From positions 62,001-126,000 of the forward strand of contig JBLDXI010000105.1 in assembly GCA_047495785.1 (NCBI GenBank): a stretch of DNA of 64,000 nt, read 5' to 3'. Below, piece after piece: positions 61,460 to 64,000 of the stretch. The translations under genes were made by a program, and so were the position numbers. How positions within the stretch are numbered: position 1 is the stretch's first letter; every line of letters starts with the position of its first letter. The notes under the pieces were generated by a model that saw only the letters and a list, made by a program, of their open reading frames with translations, did no database searches and was not told the DNA's origin. This DNA is from Lepidodermella squamata. Its lineage: Eukaryota; Animalia; Gastrotricha.

Positions 61460-64000
61460 AAAATCTATTACTGTAACGCGCAATCCTTGGTTAATAAATT
61501 GACAGAACTCTTAATCTTGCTTGAACTACTCATTTATGATATATTATTATTTTCGGAAAGTTGGCTCACTAACAAAATAACGAATGGTGAAATTCTTAAA
61601 AATTCGAAGTACTCTGTTGGACGTTGTGATCGAGGTGCACGTGGTGGTGGTGCCTGTATCCTAATTAGAGAAGGTATTAATTATAACGTGGTTGAAATTC
61701 CCAAGAAATTCGACGAATTGGAAATTATTGCTATTGATGTTTACTTCACGAAACTTTGCGTCAAGCGATTTGCTTGTTTTTATCGCCCCGGTAAGCATGT
61801 TGTCAATGAAACCTGCCGTAAAACCGAGCTTCTGAGCGAATGCATCTCTTTCCTGTCTGAATGTGATCATCCTATTTACGTTTTAGGTGACCTGAATATG
61901 TCTTGGCTAAACTGGGAAGACCTAAATGCGAACGAAGATAATATTTCTGAAGCCTTTAACACTCTATCGGCCGAAGGTTTTCGCGTGTACCTTTCCTGTA
62001 GCGCCGGGGTTTTTTCGATGTACCTACCAAAAAATTCGACCCCCAGATTATTATATTTACTTGAAGGTCACGGAAATCTAAGATCATTGGTCGATGTCCC
62101 GGATTTTTCCGGCTCATCCTTCTTACGTAATAACAAAAAAACACTTACTCATATTTGAGTATACGGCGCCATCGTGCAAACTGCTTACTCACCTATGAGT
62201 ATCCGGCGTTTTCCAGCAAATCTCATTTACTCACCTATGAGTATACGGCATCAGGTCTTACTCAGGTTTACTCTCATATGAGTATACGGCCTTAAAGCTC
62301 AAAATTGCTATACTCACCTATGAGTATTTAGCGCTAGCTTGGAAACATTGCAAGACCAAATTATGCAGCTATCATGTGGTTTTACGGTTTGGTTGTTGAA
62401 AAGACACTACCAGCGATTTTTTGGAATTTTTTTCCTGGATAGCGTGCCTTCTAAAAATAAGCTGATTTACACGAAAAATACTTTGAAACATGGCGCATCT
62501 CATGTAGGTGAAATGAAAAAATTAGCTAATTCTGGAATTCGATAATCTATCTATAATCGATAATCGATAATCGATAATCAGTGATTTCTTATTCAAGGAA
62601 TGAGTATAGGGTGATTTCGACTTCAGATTCGACATCTACGGGTGTGACTTGTGTCTTGGGGTGCATCATGGGTATTTTCAGATGCACAGGTCTCACGTAA
62701 AAAAATCGCAAAAAAGCAACACTTCTATGTACTCATATATGAGTATACGGCGAATTTCTGCAAATTGGAGGCTACTCAAATGTGAGTATATAGCGAATTT
62801 CTGCAAATCCGAGAATACTCACATATGAGTATTTGGACGATAGAGTGTTAAGCCTTGCCTTATCTCTAATTCTTTGTCTCAGTTGAATCAGTGCTCAATG
62901 TTGAAGTAACCTTACCGTTCTCTACCACCATACACAATGCCGTTAAATTCGAAATTGTAACTAATAATCCCAGACACCGTCCTACTTCGATGAACAATAA
63001 TTTTCGTAAAGCTGACTATTTAAAAATTGCTGAGTCCTTAAACGACGTAAACTGGATGGAATTCTTCCGAGGGTGTGATGACGATATTGAACTGGCATTT
63101 ACTAAATTTAATAGCTTCTTGCTATCGCTCGTTAATCAATATGTACCTCTGCGTGGTCCTTTATGTGTACAAAAGTGAAGTTGAAAAATTCGAGAAAAAT
63201 AATGTATCTAATGTTATTAAATCAAAAAAAAAATGTCGTCAATCTATAATTATATTAATTGCCAACTAAAAGCTAATAACCGCCTTATTCCACCTTTATT
63301 AAACAAAAATGAAGTACTGTGTGTTGATGATTATGAAAAAGCTGAACCCCTAAATGAGCAATTTGTTTCTGTTTTTACCGATGATGATGACAAGTGCCCT
63401 GATACCTCAAGTTTCAAGTTCACGGAAGACTCCCTTTGTAATATCGTCTTTGCAATCTGTCCAGACAATTTACCAGACAATTTGTAATTTTATAATTTAC
63501 AATTTATATATTTATATATATATATTACAATATATTTCGGATAAATTCCTTTCACACATAAAGGACCACGCAGAGGTACATATTGATTAACGAGCGATAG
63601 CAAGAAGCTATTAAATTTAGTAAATGCCAGTTCAATATCGTCATCACACCCTCGGAAGAATTCCATCCAGTTTACGTCGTTTAAGGACTGTTTTTTATAA
63701 AGTTTTGCGCTCTCAACTATCTAAACATCTATCTTATATTTTTAATATATCTTTCCAGAATGGCTCTATACCCAGATGTTGGCGCGATGCTCTAGTTACT
63801 CCTATACCTAAAAAAGGTAACTCTAAAAAACCCGCTGACTACCCTCCTATCTCTCTTACGAGTACACCCTGTCGTATATTTGAGTCACTGATACATGACA
63901 AAATCCTCGATTTCCTATTCTATCATAAAATTATTACAGCTGACCAGCATGGCTTCATGAAAAAAAATCGACTTCTACTCAAATGCTGGAATGCACTTAT
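61460..64000 (+). mobile_element. Decayed, rearranged CR1-like LINE (APE endonuclease, linker, RT start)
   Basis: NAQSLVNK..ESWL..RCDR..GGG..GDLN endonuclease motifs; NFRKADY..L..VNW; KAEPLNEQFVSVFT; WRDALVTPIPKKG..PISLTS..QHGF at the window end. Confidence 0.85.
61960..62847. mobile_element. piggyBac-like non-autonomous element inserted in the LINE
   Basis: TTAA TSD; TIR CACTCTATCG; eight quasi-palindromic TACTC-N6-GAGTA subterminal repeats. Confidence 0.8.

Overview
Gene-dense genomic DNA from an invertebrate animal, with spliceosomal GT-AG introns mostly about 50-60 nt long; the species cannot be assigned from the sequence. The dominant feature is an array of 11 apparently intact, six-exon, 340-358 aa divergent nuclear receptor genes (labelled R1-R11 here) plus two receptor pseudogene fragments. 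All 11 share an atypical DNA-binding domain. Finger 1 is C-x2-C-x14-C-x2-C with P-box CAACEK, CxACQK or CSACHK. Finger 2 is C-N-H-x15-20-C-x2-C (H-N-H in R11), so the canonical C-x5-C D-box is absent. The genes form repeated convergent E-type/Q-type pairs and show signs of DBD-exon/LBD swapping. The window also holds a GPI-anchored Ly6/three-finger gene and a 10-exon secreted protein of about 1744 aa (PAN, discoidin, LamG-like and F-type lectin domains, one F-lectin domain apparently split by a ~1000 aa insert). A decayed fragment of a paralogue of that protein, an intronless GABA-B-like class C GPCR, many MITEs (hAT, pogo, P-like, piggyBac-like, Helitron-like), LINE debris and a minimal hammerhead-like motif are also present. 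Gene models were spliced by hand and checked for frame consistency; no database searches were run.
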